Shown here piece after piece: positions 16,983 through 26,991 of a DNA stretch of 64,000 nucleotides. The stretch is taken from the NCBI GenBank assembly GCA_043783275.1, contig JAYVZP010000072.1, positions 1,394-65,393 of the forward strand, given 5' to 3'. The stretch's first letter is position 1. Each line of letters starts with the position of its first letter. The position numbers were made by a program, and so were the translations under genes. The DNA comes from Rhodanobacteraceae bacterium. Lineage in GTDB: Bacteria; Acidobacteriota; Terriglobia; Terriglobales; Acidobacteriaceae. The notes below the pieces were generated by a model. It did no database searches. It saw only the letters and a list, made by a program, of their open reading frames with translations, and was not told the DNA's origin.

Positions 16983-17759
16983 ATGCACGCAGATCTGGAA
17001 AAATTGATGTCGTTGCAACGCCTGGACGCTGAGGCCAAACGGCTCCGCGACGAGATGGTCGCCCTCCCCAAACTGGTGGCCCAACTCGACGTTAAACACA
17101 AAGCCACCGCGGGCCAGCGTGCCGTCGTCCTGGACCTGATAGCGAAGGAAGAGGTCCTGCGCCGCCGTCAGGAGAGTGATGTCAAGGACAGGGAAGCCAA
17201 GATTGCACGCGTTCGCAAGCAGATGGATCTCGCCACGACTACCGTACAGGTCACTGCGTTTGAGCATGAAATTGCCTTTGCGCAGGGTGAAATCAGTAAG
17301 CTCGAAGATGCCGAACTTGAAAGCCTGGAGCGTACTGAAGGCCTGGAAGCCCAGAAACGCCTGGCCGACGAGGCCGTTGAAGCAGCCGCGACCAAGCACG
17401 AGTCGGAGCGCATCCGCTCGGTAACCGTTCTGGCAGCCGACAAACTTCTCCTCGCGCAGGTCGACGCCAGGCGACTGGAGCAACGCAAAACGATCGGTGA
17501 AGACGCTCTCTCGATCTACGACCGCATCTCCCGCGCCAAGGGAACCGGCATCGCCGAAGCAGTCGGGCAAAAGTGCTCGGCCTGTCAGATGATGGTGCGC
17601 CCGCAGCGCTGGAACGATCTCCGCGACCGTGACAACAATGAAATGATGACCTGCGAAAGCTGCGGCCGCCTACTTTATTACGAACCCGCGCGAGACTCGC
17701 CACAACGTAAGGTCGTCGAGTTTGAAAGCATTGCCGCCCAGATCGTGAGGGGCGGATGA
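16983..17759 (+). CDS. Coiled-coil + C4 zinc-ribbon protein (COG1579 / DUF164-like)
   Basis: Long heptad-like N-terminal region, then KCSACQMMVRPQ..MTCESCGRLLYY (CxxC...CxxC). Confidence 0.7.
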   Translation: MHADLEKLMSLQRLDAEAKRLRDEMVALPKLVAQLDVKHKATAGQRAVVLDLIAKEEVLRRRQESDVKDREAKIARVRKQMDLATTTVQVTAFEHEIAFAQGEISKLEDAELESLERTEGLEAQKRLADEAVEAAATKHESERIRSVTVLAADKLLLAQVDARRLEQRKTIGEDALSIYDRISRAKGTGIAEAVGQKCSACQMMVRPQRWNDLRDRDNNEMMTCESCGRLLYYEPARDSPQRKVVEFESIAAQIVRGG

Positions 17760-18295
17760 TCTCATCACGCAAGCGCATCTGCGTCGATATGGATGAGGTT
17801 ATGGCAGACGCAGTAGCGGAACAACTGCTGCGCTACAACCGCGACTTTTCCGAGTCCGTCACGGTCGCCGACCTGAAGGGCAAGTGGCTGTGGGACGTCG
17901 TCCATCACGAGCGTCACGCCGCGCTTGAGTCCTATTTGCGTTCCGAAGACTTCTTTGCCGTGCTCGAAGTCATGCCGGACTCGCAGCGTGTCATGCGCGC
18001 CCTGCAGGACAGGTACGAGGTCTTCATCGCCACCGCCGCCATGGAAGTTCCCACATCTTTTTTCGCAAAGTACGAGTGGCTCGGAACTCACTTTCCGTTT
18101 ATCCCCGCCTCGCACATCGTCTTCTGCGGAGACAAATCAATCCTGAAGGCCGACTACCTCGTCGATGACAATCCCCGCCAACTTGCACGTTTCCACGGGG
18201 AAGGGATCCTTTACACATCACCGCACAATGTCAACGTAACCGGCTATCGGCGCGTGAAGAATTGGCTTGAAGTAGAAGAGCTGCTCCTGAAGTAG
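17756..18295 (+). CDS. 5'(3')-deoxyribonucleotidase (NT5C, HAD superfamily)
   Basis: ICVDMDEVMAD (DxDxV/T HAD motif I), FIATAAM, DYLVDDNP. The ATGA start overlaps the previous stop. Confidence 0.7.
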   Translation: MISSRKRICVDMDEVMADAVAEQLLRYNRDFSESVTVADLKGKWLWDVVHHERHAALESYLRSEDFFAVLEVMPDSQRVMRALQDRYEVFIATAAMEVPTSFFAKYEWLGTHFPFIPASHIVFCGDKSILKADYLVDDNPRQLARFHGEGILYTSPHNVNVTGYRRVKNWLEVEELLLK

Positions 18296-18343
18296 AAGAG
18301 CTGCTCCTGAAGTAGAAACTCTTCTCCTGAAGTAGAAATCCTG
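18269..18343. repeat. 20-bp tandem repeat, ~3.75 copies, spanning the NT5C stop codon
   Basis: GAAGTAGAAGAGCTGCTCCT x2 exact, then GAAGTAGAAACTCTTCTCCT, then GAAGTAGAAATCCTG. Confidence 0.9.
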
Positions 18344-18351
18344 CGCGACCG

Positions 18352-19608
18352 TTAGTCCTTGCCCGCAAAAGCAAGCAGGCTGCCACCGCGCCGCTTCGCG
18401 CTATACATGGCTTCATCGGCAGCCCGGCGCAGGCCGTCGATGTCGTCCGCATCATCCGGCGATAATGCGATCCCAATCGAGATGCGCACGTCTACCGGAT
18501 TGCCGTCAATCGAGATCGGCACGCTGGCCGCGGACATCATCGCCCCCGCAATAAAGCGCAAATGGTGCTCATCGTTCACACCGGCCAGCAGGGCAGTGAA
18601 CTCATCACCACCCGTGCGTGCCAGGATATCCCGCGGGCTCATATGCCAGGAGAGACGCATCGCCAGCGCCCGCAGCAACTGGTCGCCCGCATTGTGGCCG
18701 AGCGTGTCGTTGATGGTCTTGAAGTTGTCTACGTCGATGACCAGGCAAGCGACGGTCGTCCTGTTGATCCGCGCATCTTCCATGGTGGCAATCAGGCGCT
18801 CCTCAAACAGCCTGCGATTCGGGAGATCCGTCAGCGGATCATGCATTGCCATGCGTTCCGCGCGGTGCAGATGCTCTTCCAGCAGCGTAAACATTATGCT
18901 GGCCGCCAGCAGGTATTGGGGCAGAGCAAGCAGAACATATTGTGGGTGGAATCCTGGGTATTTATGAGTCAGAAAGGCCAGCGTCGGGTAGGTGAGGCCC
19001 CACGCTGTAAATCCAATGACGGAAGCGATGACACCTATATTCCATCGCTTCGTCGAATGGATGAGCAGATAAGCACAACAAAGAAAGATTATGGTCAGCG
19101 TGCCGCTGACCATAATGCCAGGACTACGCCAGCAGAAAGGCAAGAGCAAAGCCGCACACGCCGCATAGGCAAGACTGACCACCACGAGGGCGCGACTCCG
19201 GCGCCGGCGGAAGATCAGCAAGTCCAGGCTAGGCACAAAGTACAGCGCGCCAACAGCAAAGTGCACCAAAGGCCAGGGACTTCCGATGACGAAGAGCATG
19301 GACTGCAGCAGGATTGGCAGGCCAATCTCCAGCATGACCACGCGGTTCACCGCGCGCACGGGCGTAGCGGAGCAAACCAGCAGAAAGCACAAACCGCAAA
19401 GGTCAACAGCCCACAGCGCAATTAACGAAGTTAGGGTGTGGCGAATACCAGTGGGTGCCCGGAAGGCGAGCGCAATGTAATGAACCAGCAGAAACGTCCA
19501 TCCCGCAAAGCAGATATTGGTGTGCACCGCCGCTCGCCGCACCAGGGGACGAAAGGCGAGGACAAGCACTGCAAGCGCGAAAATATCGGGAAGAAGTGCG
19601 AGATCCAC
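18352..19608 (-). CDS. Membrane-anchored diguanylate cyclase (multi-TM N-terminal domain + GGDEF)
   Basis: HDPLTDLPNRRLF..VIDVDNFKTINDTLGHNAGDQLL..ARTGGDEFTALL. About 8 hydrophobic helices in the N-terminal 240 aa. Confidence 0.9.
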   Translation of the reverse strand: MDLALLPDIFALAVLVLAFRPLVRRAAVHTNICFAGWTFLLVHYIALAFRAPTGIRHTLTSLIALWAVDLCGLCFLLVCSATPVRAVNRVVMLEIGLPILLQSMLFVIGSPWPLVHFAVGALYFVPSLDLLIFRRRRSRALVVVSLAYAACAALLLPFCWRSPGIMVSGTLTIIFLCCAYLLIHSTKRWNIGVIASVIGFTAWGLTYPTLAFLTHKYPGFHPQYVLLALPQYLLAASIMFTLLEEHLHRAERMAMHDPLTDLPNRRLFEERLIATMEDARINRTTVACLVIDVDNFKTINDTLGHNAGDQLLRALAMRLSWHMSPRDILARTGGDEFTALLAGVNDEHHLRFIAGAMMSAASVPISIDGNPVDVRISIGIALSPDDADDIDGLRRAADEAMYSAKRRGGSLLAFAGKD

Positions 19609-19819
19609 TGCGAATCCTCTTTTGGTTCCGGGACGCTACGCCAACTGTATCTACAAATTAGCACTTAGGGCATGGGACTTTGGTCGTACTCCATGCGGGG
19701 ACCGTGTCCAAATGATGTCATGGCATAAAACCGTCCGCGACGATCCCTTCATTTACGCACAGATGCTGGAGGACACAGGCCTTCATCGATGAGTCAAATA
19801 CGCTGGTACCCTTGCGCAT

Positions 19820-20182
19820 ATGCCTTTGATACTCGCCGCCGTCCGCACCGGCCATGACCCCGTCGGCAAGCTGCCTGAAGCCGCCTTCCACCATTGGCTG
19901 GAAGGCCAGCTCACCTGCCCCAAATGCGATGCGACCTACAATCTTGTATGCGACTACAACGCCTCGGTCGGCCGATTCTTCGAAGAAGAGTCTCGCCGCC
20001 TGATCATGCTGCTGCGCAAGGCCATCTTCCTCGGCCACGGCAACGGACATCGCGTTACCCACTTTGAAACCTCCGGCGTCGCCGTGAAGAGCTTTCCCGA
20101 CGCCCAGGTTGACCCAAAAGTAGAGAAGATACTGGAGCCTAAACCGTTCCCCCAGCTCCCACGCAACCCCACCATCCATTAG
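19820..20182 (+). CDS. Hypothetical 120-aa protein
   Basis: High GC3 codon usage on the + strand. The competing 223-aa minus-strand ORF overlaps the ddl start and reads poorly. No family recognised. Confidence 0.5.
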   Translation: MPLILAAVRTGHDPVGKLPEAAFHHWLEGQLTCPKCDATYNLVCDYNASVGRFFEEESRRLIMLLRKAIFLGHGNGHRVTHFETSGVAVKSFPDAQVDPKVEKILEPKPFPQLPRNPTIH

Positions 20183-20249
20183 CGTGGCGTGCCTTCGTTG
20201 ATTCCCCCGGCTGTCACCCTCAGCGGAAACCCGTAGGCTGGAGATAGTT

Positions 20250-21362
20250 ATGGCCAAAAAGAAACTACGCATCGGCATCCTGTTCGGAGGCCGCTCCGGC
20301 GAGCACGAAGTCTCGCTGCTCTCCGCTAACTCCATTCTGAAAGCGATCGACCGCAGGAAGTACGAGGTCGTCCCTATCGGCATCTCCAAGGCGGGCCAGT
20401 GGCTCGGCGGCGAATACGCCCAGGCGCTCCTGGCGGGCGAAACTACGGCAGCTCCCCTGCAGCTTGCCGCCTGCTCGGAGTTTATTCACCAGTCGTCCGC
20501 CTTCACGGGCTCGCTGGATGTTATCTTTCCGGTTCTGCATGGGACGTTTGGTGAGGATGGCACCATCCAGGGGCTGCTGGAGCTTGCCGACCTCGCTTAT
20601 GTCGGGTCGGGCGTGCTTGGTTCTTCTGCGGGCATGGATAAAGATGCGATGAAGAAGCTGTTTGCCGCAGCGGGATTGCCGCAGACGCCACACGTCACAC
20701 TTCTGCGCTCGGAGTGGCGAGCTGACCCGAAGCGCTGCCAGCGGACAATAGAGAAGGCTTTGCAGTATCCCTTGTTCGTCAAGCCGGCAAATCTGGGCTC
20801 CTCTGTTGGGATTTCAAAGGTTCATGAACGCTCAGAACTGGCCACTGCGATGGATCTTGCCGCGTCGTTTGATCGCAAACTGGTCATTGAGCAGGGGGTT
20901 GGGGGGCCGGGTGCAAAGCCGCGGGAGTTGGAGGTTGCGGTGCTCGGTAATGATGCTCCGGAGGCTTCGGTTGTTGGCGAAATTGTGCCTGCGAAGGAGT
21001 TTTACGACTACGAGGCGAAGTACCAGCTCAGCGGTCCGGATGAGAGTTTGTCGATCATTCCGGCGAAGCTGACGGCGGCGGAGCAAAAACAGATCCGCAC
21101 GATGGCGCTGGCTGCTTTCCGGGCATGTGATTGTGCTGGTCTGGCGCGGGTCGACTTCTTGATGGAGCCCGCCGGCAAGGGGTCCAGGCGACGCATCTAT
21201 CTCAACGAGATTAATACGATGCCCGGATTTACGAGCATTTCGATGTATCCGAAGCTTTGGGGGGCTTCGGGGTTGAAGTACAAGGATTTGATTGACCGCT
21301 TGATTGGGCTGGCGCTGGAGCGTTATGCGGAGAAGCTGGATACGGCGTTCAGCAAGGACTAG
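20250..21362 (+). CDS. ddl: D-alanine--D-alanine ligase
   Basis: LRIGILFGGRSGEHEVSLLSA..VIFPVLHGTFGEDGTIQGLLE..PLFVKPANLGSSVGISKV..YLNEINTMPGFTSISMYPK. Confidence 0.95.
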   Translation: MAKKKLRIGILFGGRSGEHEVSLLSANSILKAIDRRKYEVVPIGISKAGQWLGGEYAQALLAGETTAAPLQLAACSEFIHQSSAFTGSLDVIFPVLHGTFGEDGTIQGLLELADLAYVGSGVLGSSAGMDKDAMKKLFAAAGLPQTPHVTLLRSEWRADPKRCQRTIEKALQYPLFVKPANLGSSVGISKVHERSELATAMDLAASFDRKLVIEQGVGGPGAKPRELEVAVLGNDAPEASVVGEIVPAKEFYDYEAKYQLSGPDESLSIIPAKLTAAEQKQIRTMALAAFRACDCAGLARVDFLMEPAGKGSRRRIYLNEINTMPGFTSISMYPKLWGASGLKYKDLIDRLIGLALERYAEKLDTAFSKD

Positions 21363-21467
21363 GGGGTGGGGTGGGGTACCCTCTATCCCCTAGCTAAGTG
21401 CAATGGAGTCGTGAAATTTGCGCAGCAGCGCAATGAATGGGCCACCGGAACTGGCTCGGCGTAAGAC

Positions 21468-22970
21468 TTACGGGTAGATGCGGTTCAGGGTTCTTGCGAA
21501 GGGGATGGTTTCGCGGACGTGGTCCAGGCCGCAGATCCAGGCGACTACGCGCTCGATGCCCATGCCGAAGCCGGCGTGAGGGACGGAGCCGTATTTGCGG
21601 AGGTCGAGATACCACTGGAAGGCGGCGAGCGGGAGGCCGTGTTCTTCGATGCGGGATTTGAGGAGGTCGTAGTCGTCGACGCGCTGGGAGCCGCCGATGA
21701 TTTCGCCGTAGCCTTCCGGCGCGAGGACGTCGACGCAAAGGGCCTTGGTGGGATCCTCAGGGTCGGGCTGCATGTAGAAGGCTTTGATGGCCGAAGGATA
21801 ACGGTGGACCATGACGGGCTTGTCGAACTGGGAGGAGATATAAGTCTCGTCGGGTGAGCCGAAGTCGTCACCGTAGACGTGGCGGTTCTCCACGAGGCCT
21901 TTCTGGAAGGCGTCCTCGAGCATGGCATGGGCTTCATCGTAGGAGAGACGGGGGAAGGTATTGCGGGGCGACGAGGCCGTGGCTGCGCCGGATGGAGACA
22001 AAGACTGCGGCGCGTGGCAGAGGCCGGCTCCGACGTCAGCTGCGACGGCGGACTCGTCGGCGTCGCTGACGGTTTGAGAGGGGATTGTGCCGGGTGCGGG
22101 GGCGATGACGGCTTCGAGCTTCGAGACATCGCGGCCGATGACCTTGAGGTCGCCGCGGTGCTTCTTGAGGACCTCGGCGACGATGAAGCTCAGGTAGTTT
22201 TCGGCAAGCTGGAGCAGGTCTTCAAGCCCGGCGAAGGCCATTTCGGGTTCGACCATCCAGAACTCGGTGAGGTGGCGGCGGGTCTTGGATTTCTCTGCGC
22301 GGAAGGTGGGGCCGAAGGAGTAGACCTTGCCGAGGGCGAGGGCGGTTGCTTCAATATAGAGCTGGCCGGACTGGGTGAGGTAGGCCTTGTCGTTATCGAA
22401 GTAGTCCATCTCGAAGAGCTCGGAGGTGCCTTCACAAGCGTTGGGCGTGAGGATGGGTGGGTCGGTGCGGATGAAGCCGTTATTGTCGAAATACTCGGCT
22501 GCTGCGCGCATGATGGTGGCGCGGACGCGGAGGATGGCGGACTGGCGGGGTGTGCGAATCCAGAGGTGGCGATGCTCCATGAGGAAGTCGACGCCGTGCT
22601 CTTTGAGGGATATGGGGAAGGGACTTTCGTCGGGGACGCGCTGCAGGACTTCGAGGGCTTCCACGTCCAGCTCGAAGCCGGAGGGCGCACGGACGTCGGC
22701 GCGGACCTTGCCCGTCACGCGGACGGAGGACTCCAGCGTGAGGTTTTTCAGAGTTTCAAAGAGTTCTTCCGATACGGCGGCCTTGGGGACGATGCCCTGG
22801 ATGGTGCCGGTTCCATCGCGAAAGATGGGGAAGAGCAGTTTGCCGGAGGCGCGCAGGTTATACAGCCAGCCCTGGAGCGTAACGCTTTGTCCTTCATGGG
22901 CGGCGAGTGTGGCGATGGTGGCGACGGGAGATGTCGAAATGAGAGGAGTGGCACTGAAGGTCGGGGTCAT
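21468..22970 (-). CDS. asnS: Asparagine--tRNA ligase, with a ~45-aa low-complexity insertion
   Basis: [24 protein letters not shown] (class IIb AsnRS motif 2 context), [10 protein letters not shown] (motif 3). Start taken at [10 protein letters not shown] (22970); the track ORF starts at 23027. Confidence 0.9.
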   Translation of the reverse strand: MTPTFSATPLISTSPVATIATLAAHEGQSVTLQGWLYNLRASGKLLFPIFRDGTGTIQGIVPKAAVSEELFETLKNLTLESSVRVTGKVRADVRAPSGFELDVEALEVLQRVPDESPFPISLKEHGVDFLMEHRHLWIRTPRQSAILRVRATIMRAAAEYFDNNGFIRTDPPILTPNACEGTSELFEMDYFDNDKAYLTQSGQLYIEATALALGKVYSFGPTFRAEKSKTRRHLTEFWMVEPEMAFAGLEDLLQLAENYLSFIVAEVLKKHRGDLKVIGRDVSKLEAVIAPAPGTIPSQTVSDADESAVAADVGAGLCHAPQSLSPSGAATASSPRNTFPRLSYDEAHAMLEDAFQKGLVENRHVYGDDFGSPDETYISSQFDKPVMVHRYPSAIKAFYMQPDPEDPTKALCVDVLAPEGYGEIIGGSQRVDDYDLLKSRIEEHGLPLAAFQWYLDLRKYGSVPHAGFGMGIERVVAWICGLDHVRETIPFARTLNRIYP

Positions 22971-23059
22971 GAGCTTCTTTAGTTTACGCCGTAAGAGCAA
23001 CGAGCACGAAAATGGCCCGGCTCCCACTGAGGGCAGTCGGGCCGGAAGGCTGGGTCATG

Positions 23060-23716
23060 TTACTTGGCGGATGCAGCCGGAGTTGCGGCGGCGGTTGGCT
23101 GAGCGGGGAGTGCCGGAGCGGGCTCGATCGCGGCATAGACGCCGATGAAGCCAGTGGCTCCAAAGGTCGGGTTGGGCGCCAGGGCGGTGGCAAGGTCAGG
23201 GGTCTGGAAGAAGTTGTCGAGCGCGCTGACGAACATGGGGTTGAACGAAAAGTAGATGTTGTTGGTGTGAATGGGACCGTAGGCAAGAGGTCCAAATGCG
23301 TTGCCGGAGATTACGAGGAAGATAATCTGGCGATATTGGAAGACGCCATTCTGCCAGATGGCTGCAGAGATGAAGGGGGTCTTGCCAACATTTACGAAGC
23401 TCAACTCCTTGAGCTGCATGAGGTTGTTACCGGACTGGAAGTCAACCGAGCCGTCGAACTGAGAGACACCATTGCCGTTGTCTAGGTCCAGAGTCCCACC
23501 GATGAGGGGGAAACCGATGTAGCCGGAGCCGGAGCCATCGTTGTTGTAGCCGCTCAGGTTCAGCGAGATGCCATGAGCGTCAAGAGCCTGGGCGATCGAC
23601 CCGCTCATCCCAAAGTACATGCCGCCTTCGGTTGCAACGGCTGTCGCCCCCTGGGCGGAAGCTGTTGCTGCGATGAGAGCGAAGAGGCAGAGAGATAGGA
23701 TATTTTTCAGGCGCAT
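23060..23716 (-). CDS. Secreted hypothetical protein (~218 aa)
   Basis: MRLKNILSLCLFALIAATASAQG signal. Gly/Asn-rich beta-like body and a Pro/Ala tail. No family recognised. Confidence 0.55.
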   Translation of the reverse strand: MRLKNILSLCLFALIAATASAQGATAVATEGGMYFGMSGSIAQALDAHGISLNLSGYNNDGSGSGYIGFPLIGGTLDLDNGNGVSQFDGSVDFQSGNNLMQLKELSFVNVGKTPFISAAIWQNGVFQYRQIIFLVISGNAFGPLAYGPIHTNNIYFSFNPMFVSALDNFFQTPDLATALAPNPTFGATGFIGVYAAIEPAPALPAQPTAAATPAASAK

Positions 23717-23902
23717 GGCCAGAATCTTATAACACTCCAACGGCCTGCGGGATACCTGTTCGTGCTGAATCTTTTGGTCAGCGACTGGACGCATTTTTGA
23801 GGGCCCATTTTCCAGGAGTGCCATTCGTCAAGGCATGGGTCGATAGGTCGAATGTAGTAAACCTGCCGCTATCAGGGGCGCATGTCTTTACCGGGATGGT
23901 CC

Positions 23903-24844
23903 TCAGTTCCGCCCCTCTTCGGAGTCAGACCGTGGCTCAGGAGGATTCAGCGACGCGACCTCCTGCAACCGAATCGATTCCGAGATAACTTCGCGTGCCA
24001 TGCGGGTGACGGCCTCGGGCGTGGCCGCCTCGACGTCTGCGATCTCCAGCATGAGCGGAGTTTCAGAGGGGAAGGAACGGGCTAGCGCGTAGGTGGCTTG
24101 CCAGTCGATTGTGCCGCGCGCGGCGGAAGGTGGACGCTCCGTGCCGCTGGCGGGCCAAAGATGCTGATCGATCAACGCGCCCTGGCGTCCGGCGTTATCG
24201 CTTAGGTGGATTTCAGCGATGCGGGGGCGTAGAGACTCAAGCGCAGGCGCAATGCCGGCTTCGTCCAGATGCGCGTGGGCGACGTCGAAGCAGATGCCGC
24301 AGGAATCGAAGTGTCCGATACGCAGAATTGCGAGCAGGTGGGCGGGAGTGGCGATCTCGTTGGGAAGGTTTTCCAGCAGGAGGCGAACGCCGAGGGGTGC
24401 AGCAAAGGCTTTGAGATGCTCGATGGCAGTGAGGGCGTACTCGAAGGTGTAGTCGGACCAGTGCGCCTCTTCCATGGCGGGCGGCAGGCCGAGATGAAGG
24501 ACGCAGGTGGAGAAGGGAATATGCTCGGCGGATTCGAGCGCGCGCTTGATCTCTTCCATGGCCTCGATGCGGACAGCCTTGTTGGCGGAGACGAGATTGA
24601 TGTCAGGCGAGGAGTGCCGGGAGAAGTAATTGCCGCTGGAGACAGGCGTGTGGAGTGTGGGGAGGACGTCGTTGGAGCGGAACCATGCGGCCAGGTCGCG
24701 GACCTGGGGACGATCGGTGTAGTTGAAGTGGTGACGGCCAGCGAAGAGCTCGATGACGCGAACGCCGGAGTTGGCGAGAGCGCTCAGGAGACTGGGGGTG
24801 AGACGCTGAGGGAAGAAAATTTTAGTGGAGAGGCCAAAGTTCAT
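23903..24844 (-). CDS. Sugar-phosphate isomerase/epimerase (xylose-isomerase-like TIM barrel)
   Basis: 313 aa. ..VRVIELFA.., VLHLG.., LLLENL.., ICFDVAHAHL.., EIHLSDN..: the usual pattern of conserved E/D/H metal ligands in AP-endonuclease-2/TIM family proteins. Confidence 0.75.
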   Translation of the reverse strand: MNFGLSTKIFFPQRLTPSLLSALANSGVRVIELFAGRHHFNYTDRPQVRDLAAWFRSNDVLPTLHTPVSSGNYFSRHSSPDINLVSANKAVRIEAMEEIKRALESAEHIPFSTCVLHLGLPPAMEEAHWSDYTFEYALTAIEHLKAFAAPLGVRLLLENLPNEIATPAHLLAILRIGHFDSCGICFDVAHAHLDEAGIAPALESLRPRIAEIHLSDNAGRQGALIDQHLWPASGTERPPSAARGTIDWQATYALARSFPSETPLMLEIADVEAATPEAVTRMAREVISESIRLQEVASLNPPEPRSDSEEGRN

Positions 24845-24936
24845 CTTGATTCAGGCTACAGGAATGGGAGCGTGATGCGAGATGGACCGCAACCGTAGAT
24901 TCCTTCGCTTCGCTACGAAATGACAACGAGAAAGTG

Positions 24937-26721
24937 TTAATAGGAGGAGGCTTTGCCGTAGGCTCGGCGGGAATCGTGCCCGCCCTGGAGTTTGCCGGTT
25001 ATGGGATCGACGGCGATGAGTTCGCTATCGCCCCACACGCCGGGATTCTTCTCGTCTGCCGCATTGGCTTGCGAGACCTTGTACCCCATCGTCCGCATGG
25101 CTTCAACCGTGTCTCGGGGGAAGGCTTTTTCGAAGTCGAGCACGTCGGGTAGGTACTGGTGGTGGAAGCGCGGGGCGTCGGCGGCTTGCTGGATGGTGAG
25201 ACCGTTGACGAGGGTGCTGAGGAGATCGTTGATAACGGTGGTGATGATGGTTGAGCCGCCAGGGGTGCCCAGGACAAGTAAAAGCTTTGCGGGCCTGCCG
25301 GGCAGGGCGTGGGTGGTGACGATGGTTGGGGTCATGGACGAAAGCGGGCGGTGGCCGGGTGCGATGGCATTGGCAGGCCCCTGAATGAGGCCGAACATGT
25401 TTGGAGTTCCGGGCTTGGACGAGAAGTCGTCCATCTCGTTATTAAGGAGGAAGCCGAGGCCTTCCGCGGTGGCGCCGCAGCCGAAGAGGCCGTTGAGGGT
25501 ATAGGTGGTGGAGACGGCGTTGCCGTCGGAGTCGACGATGCTGTAGTGGGTGGTCTGGGTGGACTCTTTGAATGGGGTGATGGCGGGCGGCGCGGGCAGA
25601 AAGCCGGCAGGGCGTTTGAGCTGAGTGGAGGGCGAGGGAGCGTCTTTCAGGATGCTGGCGCGCCATGCGTCGGCATACTTTGTGGAAGCCATCTGGACTA
25701 GCGGCATGGTGTTGTAGTCGGGGTCGCCCAGGTAGTCGGCGCGGTCCATGTAGGCGCGGCGGAAGGCTTCCGCGATGAGGTGAATCTGGGCGGGGGAGCG
25801 ATCGGCGCCGAGGGCCGGGAGGTCGTACCCAGCCAGGATGTTGAGGGTTTCGAGCAGCACAATGCCGCCGGAAGATGGCGGCGGCGAGGTGATGACGTCG
25901 TAGGTCTGGCCGTGAGTCTTGAAGGTGCCTGTGAGGGGCTTGCGGTCGACGACCTTGTAGGCGGCAAGGTCTGCTTGCGTGAGCAGACCGCCGTGGGTCC
26001 GGACGGATTCGGCGAGTTGCGCGGCCATCTTGCCCGTGTAGAACTCGTTCGGACTGGCGGCTATGCGCTTGAGCGTGGCGGCAAGGTCGGGCTGGGTGAA
26101 GGTGTCGCCGGCGGAGTAGAAATTACCATCGCGCTGGAAGATGCGTTTGGACTCCGGGAATTTGGTCAGGTTGCTGGCGTGGAGGGCGCGGGCCTCTTCC
26201 GCAGAGAGGACATAGCCCTTGGCGGCGAGGGCGATTGCAGGGGCCATGTCCTGCGCCAGGGTCAGCTTGCCGAAGTGTTGTTGAGCGTAGGCCAGGCCAG
26301 CAACCGATCCGGGGACGCCGATGGCTTTGTAGCCGAGGGTGGAGAGGCCGGGGACGACGTTCTTCTCGGCGTCGAGGTACATGTCGGCGGTGGCGGCGCC
26401 GGGAGCGCGCTCGCGATAGTCGAGGAAGTGGTTTACGCCGGTGTGGTTGCGGATGAGCATGAAGCCTCCGCCGCCGAGGTTGCCCGCCTGGGGGAGCACG
26501 ACGGCGAGGGCGAAACCTACGGCCACGGCTGCATCGATGGCGTTGCCGCCCTGCTGGAGGATCGCAAGCCCGGCGTCCGATGCGTCATGGTGAATCGAGA
26601 CGACCATGGCATGACGCTCATGCGTTTTCGCGGAAGCTGGATGCTGCGCGGCGAAAGAGAGAGTAGGTGCGAGCAGAGCGCCTGCAACGAGGGCAACGAT
26701 AGGCTTGACGGTGGCGAGCAT
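24937..26721 (-). CDS. ggt: Gamma-glutamyltranspeptidase
   Basis: Signal peptide. GNAIDAAVAV..GNLGGGGFMLI.., autoprocessing site STQTTHYSIVDSDGNAVS, GLIQGPANAIAPGHRPLSSM. Confidence 0.95.
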   Translation of the reverse strand: MLATVKPIVALVAGALLAPTLSFAAQHPASAKTHERHAMVVSIHHDASDAGLAILQQGGNAIDAAVAVGFALAVVLPQAGNLGGGGFMLIRNHTGVNHFLDYRERAPGAATADMYLDAEKNVVPGLSTLGYKAIGVPGSVAGLAYAQQHFGKLTLAQDMAPAIALAAKGYVLSAEEARALHASNLTKFPESKRIFQRDGNFYSAGDTFTQPDLAATLKRIAASPNEFYTGKMAAQLAESVRTHGGLLTQADLAAYKVVDRKPLTGTFKTHGQTYDVITSPPPSSGGIVLLETLNILAGYDLPALGADRSPAQIHLIAEAFRRAYMDRADYLGDPDYNTMPLVQMASTKYADAWRASILKDAPSPSTQLKRPAGFLPAPPAITPFKESTQTTHYSIVDSDGNAVSTTYTLNGLFGCGATAEGLGFLLNNEMDDFSSKPGTPNMFGLIQGPANAIAPGHRPLSSMTPTIVTTHALPGRPAKLLLVLGTPGGSTIITTVINDLLSTLVNGLTIQQAADAPRFHHQYLPDVLDFEKAFPRDTVEAMRTMGYKVSQANAADEKNPGVWGDSELIAVDPITGKLQGGHDSRRAYGKASSY

Positions 26722-26936
26722 TGAAATCTCCGTGACGATTTCCTGAAGGATAACTGACGCTTGGCGATGTCACGCAATCGTCCTAGATGTGTTGCCAGAT
26801 GTATTGTCCACTCCTGAATTTCGACAAACGTATATGAGCGATCCAGCCAACCGGAAATTTGCAGTTTGTGTGTACGGCAAGCTCAACGCGATCGACGATA
26901 CAAGAGTCATGTTTTCGCGCGCGAAGATCTAAAACT

Positions 26937-26976
26937 AAAAAAGGCACCTCCATCGCGAGATGGAGGTGCCTTTTTT
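26937..26976. terminator. Strong bidirectional rho-independent terminator downstream of rplI
   Basis: aaaaaaGGCACCTCCATCgcgaGATGGAGGTGCCtttttt. Confidence 0.85.
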
Positions 26977-26991
26977 AGTGTCTGAAACGGG

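Noticed and set aside
19713-19822. An in-frame TGA (19790) joining a short upstream ORF (MMSWHKTVRDDPFIYAQMLEDTGLHR) to the 120-aa ORF. Similarly, an in-frame TAG (34799) upstream of the 171-aa ORF.
   Set aside because: Every ORF is bounded upstream by an in-frame stop. Unlike the TIR case, there is no homology evidence that the short upstream pieces are coding, so pseudogene or recoding claims are unsupported.
19718-20389. 223-aa minus-strand ORF.
   Set aside because: It overlaps the ddl start by 140 nt and has poor codon usage and composition. The plus-strand 120-aa ORF has high GC3 and fits the gap.
21363-21395. G-run cluster (GGGGGTGGGGTGGGG) after ddl as a potential G-quadruplex.
   Set aside because: Only three strong G-tracts are present. 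It also forms part of a CTAGGGG...CCCCTAG hairpin that can serve as the ddl terminator. Nothing beyond that is supportable.
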